Shown: piece after piece, positions 11,385-25,461 of the stretch
Position numbering within the stretch: position 1 is the stretch's first letter
Layout: each line of letters opens with the position of its first letter
Assembly: GCF_006345805.1 (NCBI RefSeq)
Contig: NC_043004.1
Location: forward strand, 92,938,001 to 93,002,000
Length of the DNA: 64,000 bases
Direction: 5' to 3'
From: Octopus sinensis
Taxonomy: Eukaryota
Notes under the pieces: model-generated
The model's input: only the letters and a program-made list of their open reading frames with translations
What the model was told of the DNA's origin: nothing
Databases searched by the model: none
Translations under genes and position numbers: made by a program

Positions 11385-13020
11385 CTTAGTTTCAATGATA
11401 GAAGAAAGCATGAAAAATGTTATAGTTTTGGTCCCATGCAACAAAAATATGTATCAAAAAAGTTGAGGTAAAATATCATGAAAAAAAAAAAGCAAAAAAT
11501 TAGATTTAAGTTTAATTAACTCTTTTTTATTTTAAAAACAAACTATATTTTAATTAAGCTTAAATGATAGAGCTGAATTCGAGGAATTTCGTGGTATCAA
11601 TTTAATGCAATGAAATTTTAAAAGTTATGAGTGTTTGTTTCTCAAATTTGAGGGTGATAATATAGTTGTATACTTTTTTATGAATATAGTTCTAGGAGAC
11701 TTTTAATGTCACCAGCATCATTGAGGTATGGAAAAAATTTATTGACACTGTGAATTGACACATTTGACACATTATTAATTAGCATAATAGCATTGTCTGG
11801 AAAAAAAACATGGATTATATGGAGAAATGTGAGCAAGAGAAATAATATTCTTAATATTATAAATCTGGAGAAGTTATTACACTTGGAAGAATTCAGGGCA
11901 AGTTATTACATCTGATAAAGTACAGAACAAGAAAATTTTTACTTAAAATATTGCAGCTAAGGATAAAATTTGAATATTAAAAAGCCTTGTGAGTGGATTT
12001 GGCAGACGGAAACTGAAAGAAGCCCGTCGTATATATGTATATATATCTATGTATGTGTGCGTGTATGTTTGTGTGTCTGTGTTTGTCCCCCTAGCATTCC
12101 TTGACAACCGATGCTGGTGTGTTTATGTCCCCGTCACTTAGCGGTTTGGCAAAAGAGACCGATAGAATAAGTACTGGGCTTACAAAGAATAAGTCCCGGG
12201 GTTGAGTTGCTCGACTAAAGGCGGTGTTCCAGCATGGCCGCAGTCAGATGACTGAAACAAGTAAAAGAGCAAAGAGTATAATTAAAAAAAGGTTCCATCA
12301 TTTTGTTAAAATATTGACACACTAGAATACTTTAAAAAAATGAGAGCCAGAAGTACCAACATAGCTAAAGTTTTATACAAAATAGATTATATATGGTAGG
12401 CAAATTCATTATGTAAAAAATAGGCATTGTTCAAAACTAAAAATGTGAAGACTTGGCAGTAACTTGGGCAATAACTCAAGCAAATTGTACTGTGAATTTG
12501 TTGTTAAAGGTAGATTTTACTGTAATATATAACTAATTTTTGTATTCTATCTATTGTACTAACTAATTATGTACTACTATTTTTTATAACCTATTTTCAA
12601 ATTTCTAATTCGTAATTTTAAAAAATAAATTTTTTTGCAGTGCAAAAAATATTTTGAGTTATTTTTTAAATTTTTAATAGAAGTAACATGTAATAGTAAA
12701 TAGAAATAATAACCTGTAATAAAGTTTTTAGTTTTAATAAAAGCTAAGATTTACTAAATCTAAATATTTTGAAATTTTATCCTTCGCTGCAATATTTTAA
12801 ACAAAAATTTTCTTGTTCTGTGCTTTACCAGATGTTCTGGACTTTTTCAAATGTAATAACTTATCCTGTACTTTTCCAGGTTTATAATCTTAAGAATATT
12901 ATTTCTTTTGCTCGCATTTTTTCATGTGATACATATATGTGTATGGCTTGTGTCTTGGAGATAATTGTTTAATCTCACTTGTTGCTCTTCAGAACATTTC
13001 TTCATTTGTAACTAAAGCAT
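11385..13020. mobile_element. Very AT-rich degenerate DNA transposon, superfamily unresolved
   Basis: Loose inverted similarity of the ends (cttagtttcaatgatagaag versus ttcttcatttgtaactaaag) and subterminal atatgtatca/tgatacatat; interrupted by a SINE. Confidence 0.3.
11981..12278 (+). mobile_element. 5'-truncated CORE-like SINE
   Basis: Family sequence from aaagccttgtgag to the gtaaaagag tail. Confidence 0.85.
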
Positions 13021-13084
13021 ACTTTCTGTGATAAAATCTAGCTAAGGTTCATTTTAAAATGTGCTTGCTTGTGCCTATGTATTA

Positions 13085-14440
13085 TTAGTGATAATTTCAA
13101 ATTTTGGCATAAGGCCCCCCCAGCTATTATAGGTGAGTGGGTAAGTTGATTTCATTGACGCCAGGTTCAACTGGTATTTGTTTTATCAACCTTGAAGAGA
13201 TGAAAGGCAAAGTCAACCTTGGCGAAAAATGAACTCAATATAAACCCAGAAGAAATGCCACTAAGGGTTTTGTTCAACATACTAACAATTCCATGAGCTC
13301 AAATAATAATAAAAATCCTTTCTTCTAAAGGTTCAAGGCCTGAAATTAGGTGGGAGGGGCGTAATCGATTACATTGACCTCAGTACTCAACTAGTAGATA
13401 TTTTCTTGACCCTGGAAGGCAAAGTCGTCCTCAACAGAATTTGAATTCATAAAGCAGACAAAATGCTGCTGAACATTTTACCTGGCATGCTAATGGTTCT
13501 GCCAACTTGCTGCCTTAATAATAATAATAATAATCCTTTCTACTATAGCAACGAAGCCTGAAATTTGTGGGGGGGGGGACTAGACGATTACATCGACCCC
13601 AGTGTTTAACTGGCACTTAATTTCTCGACACTGAACTTGAACGTCGCAACGGACGAAATACTCCTAAGCATATTGCTCAGCATGCTAACAATTCTGCCAG
13701 CTCGCTGCCTTTAATAATAATAATTATTATTATTTCTTTACTGCCCACAAGGGGCTACACACAGAGGGGACAAACAAGGACAGACAAACAGATTAAGTCG
13801 ATTATATCGACCCCAGTGCGTAACTGGTACTTGTTTAATCGACCCCGAAAGGATGAAAGGCAAGTCGACCTCGGCGGAATTTGAACTCAGAACGTAACGG
13901 CAGACGAAATACCGCTAAGCATTAATAATTCTTTCTACTTATAGACAGAAGGCCTGAAATTTTTGTCGGAAAGGGGGCTAGTCGATTACATCGACCTTAG
14001 TACTCAGCTGGTACTTATTTATTTAATCGACCCTGAAAGGTTGAAAGGTAAAGTTGACCTCGGCGGAATTTGAATTCGACGTAAAGACAGATGAAATGCC
14101 GCTAAGCATTTTGCCCTGTGTGCTAACGATTCTGCCAGCATTAACCCCCCAGTACCTGACCGGTACTTTGTTTTAATCAGTCCCCGTGGTTTTTAATCAA
14201 CCTGTGTGGTATTTGAACTGAGAGCAATAAAGTACCGGAACGAATACATCGAAGCATTTTTTTTTTATTTCGACGCCCTAGCAATTTTTCCAAAAAAATA
14301 AATACTTTCCTAACATAAGCACAAGGCTAGAAATATGGCGGAGGTGGAGTTTTGTTGGTTATATCGACTTCAATACTTGATTACTACTTTAATCTCATCG
14401 CCACTGGAAAGATAAAAGGCAAAGTTTCTTTCGGCAAAGA
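13085..14440 (-). mobile_element. Head-to-tail array of about 7 (ATT)n-tailed tRNA-SINE copies
   Basis: Repeated gatgaaaggcaaagtc(g/a)acc and cagtac..aactggta blocks at about 200-bp spacing, several joined by (TAA)n. Confidence 0.75.
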
Positions 14441-14746
14441 ACGTTAAACAAAATAGCGCACGTTACATTAATGAAGGTTTCAACATGTTTAATTACTACA
14501 TTAGCCACAAACCTTAATGTCCTACACAGCAGGCTGACTATTTTATATAATAGTCCCGTCATGATATTAAGGTGTGTGTTTGTAATGTTACATGAATGAG
14601 GTGACATTTGTCGAGAGATAAAACACCCACCCACTGCTGACTATGTGGTATACCTGATGCTAGGTTTTTGAAAACTGTTTAATACATGTTATTATAAATA
14701 AATTTGTATCTGCATATACATCTCTCTCTCTGTATATATATATATG

Positions 14747-14793
<47 letters not shown>

Positions 14794-15549
14794 TACACAA
14801 AAATAGCATAGAATGGCTGTAGTCACAGTATAAAACTATTTCATCACTCGTGCTTGCTCTGTGTGTGTATGTATGTATGTATATATAAACCTTTGAACGT
14901 ACGGATTTTTTTACGATTCTTAGTTGGACGTGTCAGTCATAGATCATTTATACATCTATATACGATTTTCGTATACATGTATATACATGCATAGGTGTAT
15001 ATCTTTATTTTGTAATTAGTACGGTAAAACTCAAATATTGGATAATGCTGATTTAATTTTGTTGAGAGAGAGAGAGAGAGAGAGAGATTTATGTCCGTCC
15101 TTTATGACCGATCAGAAGAGTTTATTAAGATCTTAAGGGACGTGAGGAAATCGATGGTTTGGTCCAGTTTCGGGTTATCCCATCTGACGTTGTGTCCATC
15201 ATCATCATCTGGAGTTAGTTTCTCCAGTCGTTGCATCATACCGTACGCTTAGCGTGGAATCGGAAGATTTTTTTCGCCGTATGATTTCCTTAACACGTTT
15301 ACTATGTACAAGATTTAGGTTGTTTTTTTTCCTCTTTTACCCTGCTCTCTGTTTTTTTCTTTACAACGCCACTTTTTTTCCTTCTTTTCCGCTGTCACGT
15401 TCACACATAATGTACGTGTGTGTGTGTGTGTGTGTAGATAAGTACTTCGACACACACATTTGCACACGAAGACAAGCGAGTTTTATACACAGGAAATGTC
15501 ACACCTATATAACTATTTGTTGCATTATATGTGTGTGTGTGTGTGTGTG

Positions 15550-15585
<36 letters not shown>

Positions 15586-17700
15586 CACATACGTTCGATA
15601 GTTGCACGCCCTTTTCTATTAGACGTATCAATCATCTATGCTTACATGTTTTTTTTTAATCAGTAAGGCGTCCTGGGGCTTATTTCCGTTTACTACTACT
15701 ACTACCACCACCACCACCACCACTACTACTACTACTGCCACCACATTACTAAAACGTAACCACACACGCGCACTTCCACTCACACGGTCGTTGTTGACCA
15801 TGTCTTAATTAACTGGAGGACGCGTCCTTTTCTAAACGAGCCACTTGTCGTGGTTTTGTACCACCTCCACCACTAAATATCGCTCTAAGAATACAAGAAT
15901 ACACGACGGCCGTGCCAATCACACCGACTACTACTACTACTACTACTACTATTTTTCCAAGGCCACACCCACCATCACCAATACCATTGCTACTTGTCAA
16001 CTATCTCCTGTTGGAGGCCACGAGGACTAAGACCGCCACCACTACCCACCCAACCACCCATCCATCTACCCACCCAACTCACCGACCGACCGACTGACGC
16101 CACCCTCTTATGACTATATCTTCTAACGCCACCCCAGTGCTATACCTACCTATTTCCAACGACACCTGTATTACCCTCCGCCATCAAGCATCTCTTTCCG
16201 ATGACCACAAACAACGTCTACGACCATCTCATTACTATAACCTCTCCAACCTGAATACGATCTTTTTGTTATTGTTGTTGTTGTTGCTTTTGTTTTTCCA
16301 TTAATTTATTTCGACAAGATTACGGCAAATTACAATGTGTGTACACAGACAAAGCAGAGAACGGGGGTGCCTACGACCAAGGCCAGAATTGGCAGCGGAG
16401 TGTCAAGGCCACCGCTGCCGTCATACCTATCGCCGCTGTTATAATCGTTCTTACCACGACGACCACTACTATATACCAATATAACGTTGTTACATATGTT
16501 ATAACACTACCATCTTATGCCTTTCCTGCATCACTTCTGTTTTCGGCGATCTTTCGTCTCTAGTAGACCTTTCCGTCGATTTCCGTAAAAAAAAATTTTT
16601 TTTTACATATGGGCTTGCAGGAACTTTTGAAGTAATATACATACATATACACATACACTGAGTAAAAAATTTCAGTTATCTCTTTCTTTCACACATTACT
16701 CTGTCTCTTCACACACACTAACAGAAGCACTTCACTTACACAACATACTGTCTGTCTCCCACACCCCATCAAACACACACACACACACACACACACATAC
16801 ACATGTACATCAATGCTTCCCCTGGACGGTAACTTCAAAAGAACTTCCCTCGTCATACAATCGCTTTCTCTTCGTCTCTTTCGCTCTCATTACTTCAAAA
16901 GTTCCCGCAAGCCCATATGTAAAAAAAAAATTTTTTTTTACATATGGGCTTGCAGGAACTTTTGAAGTAATATACATACATATACACATACACTGAGTAA
17001 AAAATTTCAGTTATCTCTTTCTTTCACACATTACTCTGTCTCTTCACACACACTAACAGAAGCACTTCACTTACACAACATACTGTCTGTCTCCCACACC
17101 CCATCAAACACACACACATACACATGTACATCAATGCTTCCCCTGGACGGTAACTTCAAAAGAACTTCCCTCGTCATACAATCGCTTTCTCTTCGTCTCT
17201 TTCGCTCTCATTACTTCAAAAGTTCCCGCAAGCCCATATGTAAAAAAAAAAATTTTTTTACGGAAATCGACGGAAAGGTCTACTACAAACGAAAGATTGC
17301 CCTGTTTTCATTTTCATCCACCTTCACTTTACACCAGACGTGTGTATATGTGTCTTTAAGTCCGTATGTATGCCTGTAGATATGTCTATGTTTGTGTGAA
17401 TTGATGTATTTCTCTGTGAGTTGTTTAGTCCCAGGTCAGCCCTGATTAGAGCAAGGCTCATGGTTAAAGGCGTTCCAGCCAGGACTGTCCTAAAGGAGTA
17501 CGTCTAGGAATACATTCTCACATATGCTTCCCTTTTCCCAATAGTACGGCGGCGTGATATGATGGAAATTCGGCTGCTATTTCTAGCAGTTATATGTACC
17601 ACGTGGATACTCGTTCCTTGCCTTTCTTTCTTTCTAGGTGTGTGATGTTGATGTTGCAAGTATTTGTGGCTATCTCTAGTTCTGTATCTGGCTAGTTTCA
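13700..17700. promoter_or_regulatory. CpG-retaining domain, possible unmethylated promoter or 5' region
   Basis: CpG visibly far more frequent than in flanks, in both unique sequence and embedded SINEs; judged by eye, not counted. Confidence 0.4.
16545..17301. mobile_element. MITE with long TIRs, GG/CC termini, 8-bp TSD and internal tandem duplication
   Basis: ggcgatctttcgtctctagtagacctttccgtcgatttccgta... versus ...tacggaaatcgacggaaaggtctactacaaacgaaagattgcc; TSD ctgttttc at 16537-16544 and 17302-17309. Confidence 0.85.
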
Positions 17701-18189
17701 TCAATCCTCTATAGAATGGCGGTGCCCCAGCATGGCTACAGCTCGTGAGCTGAAACTAGATAAAATAAATTTAAAAAATATATTTACAGCACTTCATCGT
17801 GTCTTATGCGCTTGTGTATACACTCTAGAAAGAATATATATATATGACTGTGCATATGCACGCAACTGTCTGCACATGTGTGTGTGTGCGCCTGTGCTTT
17901 TCTCCAGATGTTGGTTTCTGTTTGTACTGCTTTATATGAATGACACACATCCATGTATATATATGTGTATACAGTGTGTGTATGCAATATGCATACTAGT
18001 GTGCTATTATGAATGTACATATCTATATCTTTAGGTGTGTTTGTGTATTCTTCATGCGTACAGTTCTTGTCTTAGGTTAAATCATTTCTTAATTGTTTTC
18101 ATGTTGTTTATTCTCACTCCACTTCTTTGTCAAAACCACGTCATCGACTACATTGTACAACAGAGATGTGTGTATAATGTGTGTGTATA

Positions 18190-18256
18190 TATATTTGTGT
18201 GTGTGTATATATATATATATATAAAACTGTGTATATATATATATATATATATAAAA

Positions 18257-18297
<41 letters not shown>

Positions 18298-18303
18298 TGT
18301 GTA

Positions 18304-18347
<44 letters not shown>

Positions 18348-18361
18348 TGTGTATATATATA

Positions 18362-18400
<39 letters not shown>
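18190..18400. repeat. Compound microsatellite (TA)n with recurring aaaactgt spacers
   Basis: Direct inspection. Confidence 0.9.
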
Positions 18401-18894
18401 TGGGCCTGGTGCAGCCTTCTGGCTTTCCAGATCCCCGGTCAAACCGTCCAACCCATGCTAGCATGGAAAGTGGACGCTAAACGATGATGATAAACTACAT
18501 GTGACTGTGTGGTTGAGAATTTTGCTTCCCAACAACATGGTTTCAGGTTCAGTCCCACTGAATGGCAACCGGGGCTAGTATCTTCTACTTTAGCCCCAGG
18601 CCAAAGACTTGTAAGAGGATTTAGTAAATGGAAATTGTGTTATCATCACATAAACAGTGCTGATCGTTTCTAATTTTCAATGAGAACATGTCTGACCATG
18701 GGGAAATGGTAACTTGTTCGGAAACAGTTGAGGGTTGGGGACAGGAAAGGAACTTAGCCATAGAAAATCTGCCTCAGTGAATTCTCTCCAACCCTTTGCA
18801 AGCACGGAAAATTGTTTCATTATAACTGATGATGAAAAAAAGACAAATATGTATACCGAAACAGATATGTATATTTGTGTATGTATGTATATTG

Positions 18895-18926
<32 letters not shown>

Positions 18927-19499
18927 GCATGCACACACATACTCGTGTTATAAATTTATATATGAAGAAATATTTGTGTATAGCTGAATATATGTTTTGT
19001 GGTGTGAATTGTATTTTTTTTTTTTTTTTACATGTCTCACTATTGGTTGTAAACCAATGGCTTCACTAATAATGTCATTTGTCCACTACAAAAGCTTGTC
19101 TGGGCTTCTTGACATGTCTTGACACATTGCCCAATCTTTGTAAAGTAGAAAAAAAAAAAACTTGTTTCTATGTCATTTGTGTCTAGCTTTCTATATCAGC
19201 AATGTCTGTCCTGCTTGTTTGTAAGATTGAGAGGTTATTACTTCACTTGGAAAGAGGTAGGGGTTGGTAACAAGAGCAGCATGTGGCTGTAGAAAAATCT
19301 GTCCTAGTAACTTCACATATGATCCATGCAAACATCGAAAAATAGATGTTAAAGTGATGAAAGATGATATGCATGTGTGTGTGTGTGTGTGTGCGTGTGT
19401 TGGAAATGGAATCACTTTCATAAGACTGGTGTGGTTCTCCATTTCTTCATGAAGGGTGGTAGGCATTCTTCTAATAACTACCTTAGTATAAGTTTAATT

Positions 19500-20420
19500 G
19501 GCATGCAAGCTTGAATATTCACGGTCATTCTGCTGCAAAGACTTCTACACTATCATTATCAATACACACAAGCAAATCAGTGAGATCCTGGCATGGCCAA
19601 AGTTGCACACATCAAATTTTCATCTTGTGGAGGATTCTGGAACAATATTGGCATACCAACATTGAACCTTCATATAGTCTGTGGACTTCACAGCAATCAT
19701 TGATTTTGTTGATCTATGTATTCATGACTGCAGATGGATTACCTGTGAAGGTGCTGAATCTAATTAGAGCATACTGTGAATCCACACAAAGATAGATTTT
19801 GTATTATGTTAAGGAATCCAAATTTATTGTAATTCACACAAGTCCTCTGTATTGTGCTCTAATGACTCAGGTATTCAGCTGTGTTATTTACTGGCTTGTA
19901 GAACATGCTCTGGTATATTTCACAGGTGTTGGTATAGGATGACATTTTACTGTCACTCACCTTAACTATGCTGATGACTTCATGATAATTGACAACAATT
20001 ATATGAATATCCAATCAGCTGTTGAATACCTCTGTGTACATGTTGAATGTTGCCCTAAAAAAAAATCAATGTGACCAAGACAAAGGTTATAACTTCTAGT
20101 ATTTTGTCCTCCAAATGGGTAGAGAGAATTTGATCAATTCAATACTTTGGTATTACCTTCACTCTACAACCAGTTGATGATATAACTGAAGAACGCTGAA
20201 GACTACTAGAACACATCCATGCAGGACATATGAATGCATTTTCAAGAATTTGGATTCCTTGTCATAAAACAGATGAGATAGATGTCTAACAATTGTATGC
20301 GTGCTGGATTTTGTTGTCTTCATTGCCAGTTTTTGCCTTGGAGAAATGTGTAGCAACATGAATTTGCATCTACTAAACACTGTCACTCTATCTTGTTGCA
20401 TGGCTCTAAGACCTGGCCAG
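19500..20420 (+). mobile_element. RTE-clade LINE reverse transcriptase remnant
   Basis: GQSCTHQIFILWRILEQ, ADGLPVKVLNLIRAYC and LNYADD (about 19963-19980) motifs, with stops and frameshifts. Confidence 0.8.
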
Positions 20421-20470
20421 TGAGATCAATGAAATTTAATTTTGATAGGCTTCAATTTAAATCACTTTAA

Positions 20471-20691
20471 CCCTTTAACATTTAAACCAGCCATATCCGG
20501 CCAAAAGTATTCTGCCTGTTTTTTGTTCAAACTGGCCAGATCTGGTCTCTCACACCAGCCCCACAATATCGTTTTAAAAATTAACTGCTACCTCATGAAA
20601 ATCTCATAGCACCAAGATAATGCCTGATTAGTTCAAGGCAATGTGGATAAAAAAGGATTAATTTTGGCAGAATAATGCAAACACTAAAGGG
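20471..20691. mobile_element. piggyBac-type MITE
   Basis: TTAA|CCCTTT...AAAGGG|TTAA; homologous copy in the opposite orientation at 57087-57306. Confidence 0.85.
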
Positions 20692-23301
20692 TTAAAACAA
20701 TGAGTTTGTATTATGGGACTAGAAAAGATCTTAGGTTAGTTGATATCAAAAGGGTCAAAAGATTGGTTTGAGTGTGTATTTTGTTGGTATACAAACACCT
20801 AAGTGTAGGTGTTTGTATTTCCTTTTATTGAGTTTTATGCTGACTGTGATCTTTTCCTTTGAATTTGTCTCTTAGAATATGTATTTGTGGTGGTGTTTGG
20901 GAGTGTCTCATTGTACATGGTATTTCATGGTTGGGTGACTTTTGCTCAAGAGTTTAAATGTGGAGTTATTTTAACCAGTGAAACTAATTAAAGATTTTTA
21001 TTTCATTGGAGAATTTGGGAGTGTCATATATTGGTATGGATGATCAATTGTGGGTAGTATTACTAATACCTGTTTTTGAATTTTGTTGTTGATATAAACT
21101 AAAAATAGCGAGATTAGTTTGTGTGTTTTGACCAAGGCTTGTTTTTGCCTTTCTATATGGTGTACAGTGTTTAATTTGCACACACATGTTTATATATATG
21201 AAAACTTAACGAATTTTCATTGGTTTCACTAATGAGTGTCCAGTTGTTTGATCAACTGAACTGCCTACTTTCTGAATTATCATTGTATGTGACTGTGTAT
21301 TCCACAGATATGTACCTAATTCTCAGATGGAATCAGCATGATGCTGTAACTTAAATTACAGCTGCAGTTCATCTGACAGGATTCTGCATAATTTCCATCC
21401 ACTCCATTTCACTTATAAGGCTTCTGTTGATTCCAGACTGCTGAAATAGCTACAGTTGTTATACAGTGTTAATGTCTGTGTCTACAGGAAATTCCAGTTT
21501 GCTTTTCCACCAAAGAAGTAGTATTGGTTAGTGATTGGTACAAGAAGAGGAGAGACTAGTACACCTGGGCAGGGGCAGTATGCAATTAGCTCATTCAAAA
21601 GAGTTGATATTTATAATACAAGTAAGTAGTAGGAGAATAGGCAGGGTGTCTGTGTGCCAATCCATTGAAGGCATTTCATTGTGTATGTGGGCAGAATGTT
21701 CAATTTTGCTTGCATGGGTTAAATGAATTTGTTGATAGATATTTTTATTGTCGCCACCCTTCACCTATTTCAAAGCAACGTAATATTTCCCCATGGAAGA
21801 CTAGAAACCAACAACATTGCTTGTCTGATAGTGATGCGTGGTGGTCAAGACAATAGTACAGACTCACTTATACATTCACATGTGCGCACGTGCACACACA
21901 CATTGGTCTTCTTTCAATTTCCATCTACCAAATGCACTCCTGAAGCTTTGATTGGCCTAGATCTATAATAAAGACAAAATGCCTAGCAGTGGGACTGAAA
22001 CCAAGAACGTACGGTTGGGAAGTATCCTGTTGTAATTAATCCCTTTCTCTTTACATCCTCAGTCCAGTTCTTGCAGATGTTTTATCCTTCTTGCATGGTA
22101 GATAAAAGGCAAAAAATAATTACAAATTAATTGACTGTTCTTAACATCCAAAATGTGTCACCTTTACTCTATTAGAATTCATTATCATTGTGATTCTGTA
22201 TGACACAGTTGGTAGAGCTGTGGAGAAAATGGTTAAATGGTGAATAAAACGGTAAACTGTTGCATTCTTTATTAAACATTCTTTTAAGTTCTGAATTCAG
22301 ATACTTTTTATCCTTCCAAAACTGGATGAAATAAGTCTCAAATCTTATGTTGACTGACTTATCCACAGAGCAAACTAATCCATAATGCAGTTATGTCCAA
22401 AATTTTTTCTGGTATGGCATAAATGGTAAATTGAATAGTTGTAAACATGGATTAGTGCATGGATCTTGAACCAATTCCTTGTTCTCATTGGCTTCTTCAA
22501 TTACCACTTAAAGAGGAAGGTAAGGGTAGAAAAGCTGCTTTACAGTAAATTTTACCAAACTTGTGTGAGTGTGGAATTCATTGTGGCAGATTTTCTATAG
22601 CTGGATGCCCTTCCTGTCACCAAACCTCACCTTTTTTCAAGTAAGGTAATATATTCCCATTGCTAGACATGTTTTTCACGGTAGACTAGAAACAAACAAC
22701 TTTGCTTGTATGATGATGATGCTCATCTACAACCATTATGTTAGGTTTAGGCTGTAAAGACACAGGTGAGAATGCAAGAGTGGTGATATTGGTGGTGGTG
22801 AGGGGCTACATAGGCTGACTGTAACCTTGAAGGTTAGCAACGAGCACTAGAAGAGGCTGTTTGCTGTTTTCTCTTTTTTAATGCTGATTTTTCTTTTTGA
22901 TGTGACTCCCCTCTGGTTTTGTATTTTGTTTTCTGTCTCCCCCAACATTTTGGGTCCACTGAAGAAACCATTTTTATTAAACCCTTTGATACCAACCCAC
23001 CTGAGACTGCTCATGGTTCTATGATGCAAACCTACTTTAATGTGATCTAAATGGAAACCTCTCAAAATTTCATGTTAAATTTATGTGCCATATGTTGGTT
23101 TAATAATGGCAAAGTTATTTTATTAATTTTTCTTTTATTATTTTAAAAATTAATTGAAACAAAAGTAGTCAACAGAAATCTGGTAACAAAAATGTTGATG
23201 TCTTGCAGTATGCAGGTGGTACTGCTCTGCAACTAAATTATTTGAGGTCTAATTTTTACTTTGTATCCATCTGAGGGTTATTAAAATACTGTGTTCATTA
23301 A

Positions 23302-23505
23302 CCCTTTTGTTACCAACCCGGCTCTGAGTGCAAATGTCTTGTTTTCATAAGTTTTGAATTAAAATCTTCCACCAAACCTTAGTCACAATTTATGTTCCTA
23401 ACACTAGCTGAATGATAACTAAGTTATTTTACTAAATTCTGTGTTATATTTAAAATAACCGAAAGCAACACAGAGCATCTCAAAATAAATACAGTAACGA
23501 GGGGG
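23302..23505. mobile_element. piggyBac-type MITE, second family
   Basis: TTAA|CCCTTTTG...GGGGG|TTAA; reverse-oriented homologue at 47912-48123; degenerate relatives near 22980-23215 and 61083-61278. Confidence 0.8.
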
Positions 23506-24134
23506 TTAAATAAGCATCAAAATTTCTGGTTGATTTCTGGTGCTCCTTAGTCAGAAAACCCCTCATTCATTGGTTTTTCTTAGGTCTTTTTAGTTGGACT
23601 GTCACCATAGCAACTACACTTTATATATGTACTTGTGCAAAAACAAAAGTGTTCAAAGCAGTTCTGGAAGTGTATAGCTTATCTCATAAAATGAAAAAAA
23701 TATGTGTTTGTACTCATGCATGCATGTATGTCTGTAGTGTATATGTACATCTATGTATGTATGTGTGTATATAATATATATATATAATCTCCCCTGCCAG
23801 TTATATAGCATTAATTCTGAGATGTTTTATATCACCATTGATGCTATGTCTGGGTAGACTGCCAAGTGTTTGGCAGTCATGTTTCTGTCCAGCTAGAAGC
23901 TATGAATTTTTTTTCTTTTTTATCCTCTCCATATGACAACTTCCTTGGCAGTTGGCAGTTGATGGATGCACTCTTAAATTTGGCAAGAACTTCCTGGCTG
24001 AATATTTTGCAGCTGCATCCATCTATCTGCCTTATGTGTAAAACTGTCATTTTTGAGTGAGATGCATTAAATCACTGGCAGTCACAAACCACATTTCACT
24101 TGCAGATTGGCATGCAATAAAGGCAAATATGTGT

Positions 24135-24172
<38 letters not shown>

Positions 24173-24200
24173 GTACATAGAGGAGAAAAAATATTCAATA

Positions 24201-24625
24201 GGCGCAGGAGTGACTGTGTGGTAAGTAGCTTGCTTACCAACCACATGGTTCCGGGTTCAGTCCCACTGCGTGGCATCTTGAGCAAGTGTCTTCTACTATA
24301 GCCTCAGGCCAACCAAAGCCTTGTAAGTAGATTTGGTAGACGGAAACTGAAAGAAGCCCGTTGTATATATGTATGTATATATATATATGTGTGTGTGTGT
24401 GTGTATGTTTGTGTGTCTGTGTTTGTCCCCTAGCATTGCTTGGCAACCGATGCTGGTGTGTTTACGTCCCCGTCACTTAGCGGTTCGGCAAAAGAGACCG
24501 ATAGAATAAGTACTGGGCTTACAAAAAATAAGTCATGGGGTCGATTTGTTCGACTAAAGGCGGTGCCCCAGCATGGCCGCAGTCAAATGACTGAAACAAG
24601 TAAAAGAGTAAAAGAGTAAAGAGTA
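24201..24625 (+). mobile_element. Full-length CORE-like tRNA SINE
   Basis: Complete head, core, microsatellite and (AAAAGAGT)n tail. Confidence 0.9.
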
Positions 24626-24952
24626 ATACATCTAGTGGTTTTGTTTACTGGTAATTCAGTCTGTTGGTGCTGCATGTTTCAGCTCTGTATGAACATACCA
24701 ACAAGAAACTCAAAGAAGCAACTAAATGGATCATCTCCTTCCAGCAAATACATTTCTAATATAAAAAAACAAACAAACTGTTTTTGCATTTTAGTCCTGA
24801 TCGTATGGTTAAGAAGCTTGCTTTCCAACTATGTAGTCTCAGGTTCTATCCCACTGCACAAGTGTCATCTGCTTTAGTCTTGAGCTGACCAAAGCTTTAT
24901 GAGTGGATTTGGTAGACAGAAATTGAAAGAAGCCTGTCGTATATGGATATAT

Positions 24953-25423
24953 AGGCATGTGTGGTAAGTAGCTTACTTACGAACCACATGGTTCCGGGTT
25001 CAGTTCCACTGCGTGGCACCTTGGGCAAGTGTTCTTCTACTATAGCCTTGGGCAGACCAAAGCCTTGTGAGTGGATTTGGTAGATGGAAACTGAAAGAAT
25101 CCCGTCATATATATATATATATTTAAAAAAGGAGATGTGGAACACGAGTTGTGATATATAAAAAAAGGAAATGAAGAAAATGCTGACAAAATAATTTAAG
25201 TAAAGGAGAGTGTATTTAATTAGGTGAAAGTTCTTTTTACCAGTTGCGCATTTGTTATGCTTATCAAAAGATATTTTGAGTGAGATAGAGTTCCTTTCTG
25301 ATTGATGTTTTTTCTCTTATCTGAACAAATGCGCAACCAGTAAAAAGAACTTTCACCTAATTGAATACACTCTCCCTTACTTAAATTATTTTGTCAGCAT
25401 TTTCTTCATTTCCTTTTTTATAT

Positions 25424-25461
<38 letters not shown>

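Noticed and set aside
15102-15239. Minus-strand 45-codon ORF MMQRLEKLTPDDDDG...
   Set aside because: Short, no recognisable similarity, no splice context; compatible with chance in a UTR or promoter region.
15809-16000. Single-pass membrane micropeptide (KIVVVVVVVVGVIG)
   Set aside because: The hydrophobic run comes from a (TAG)n repeat, and the frame has no ATG after the upstream stop.
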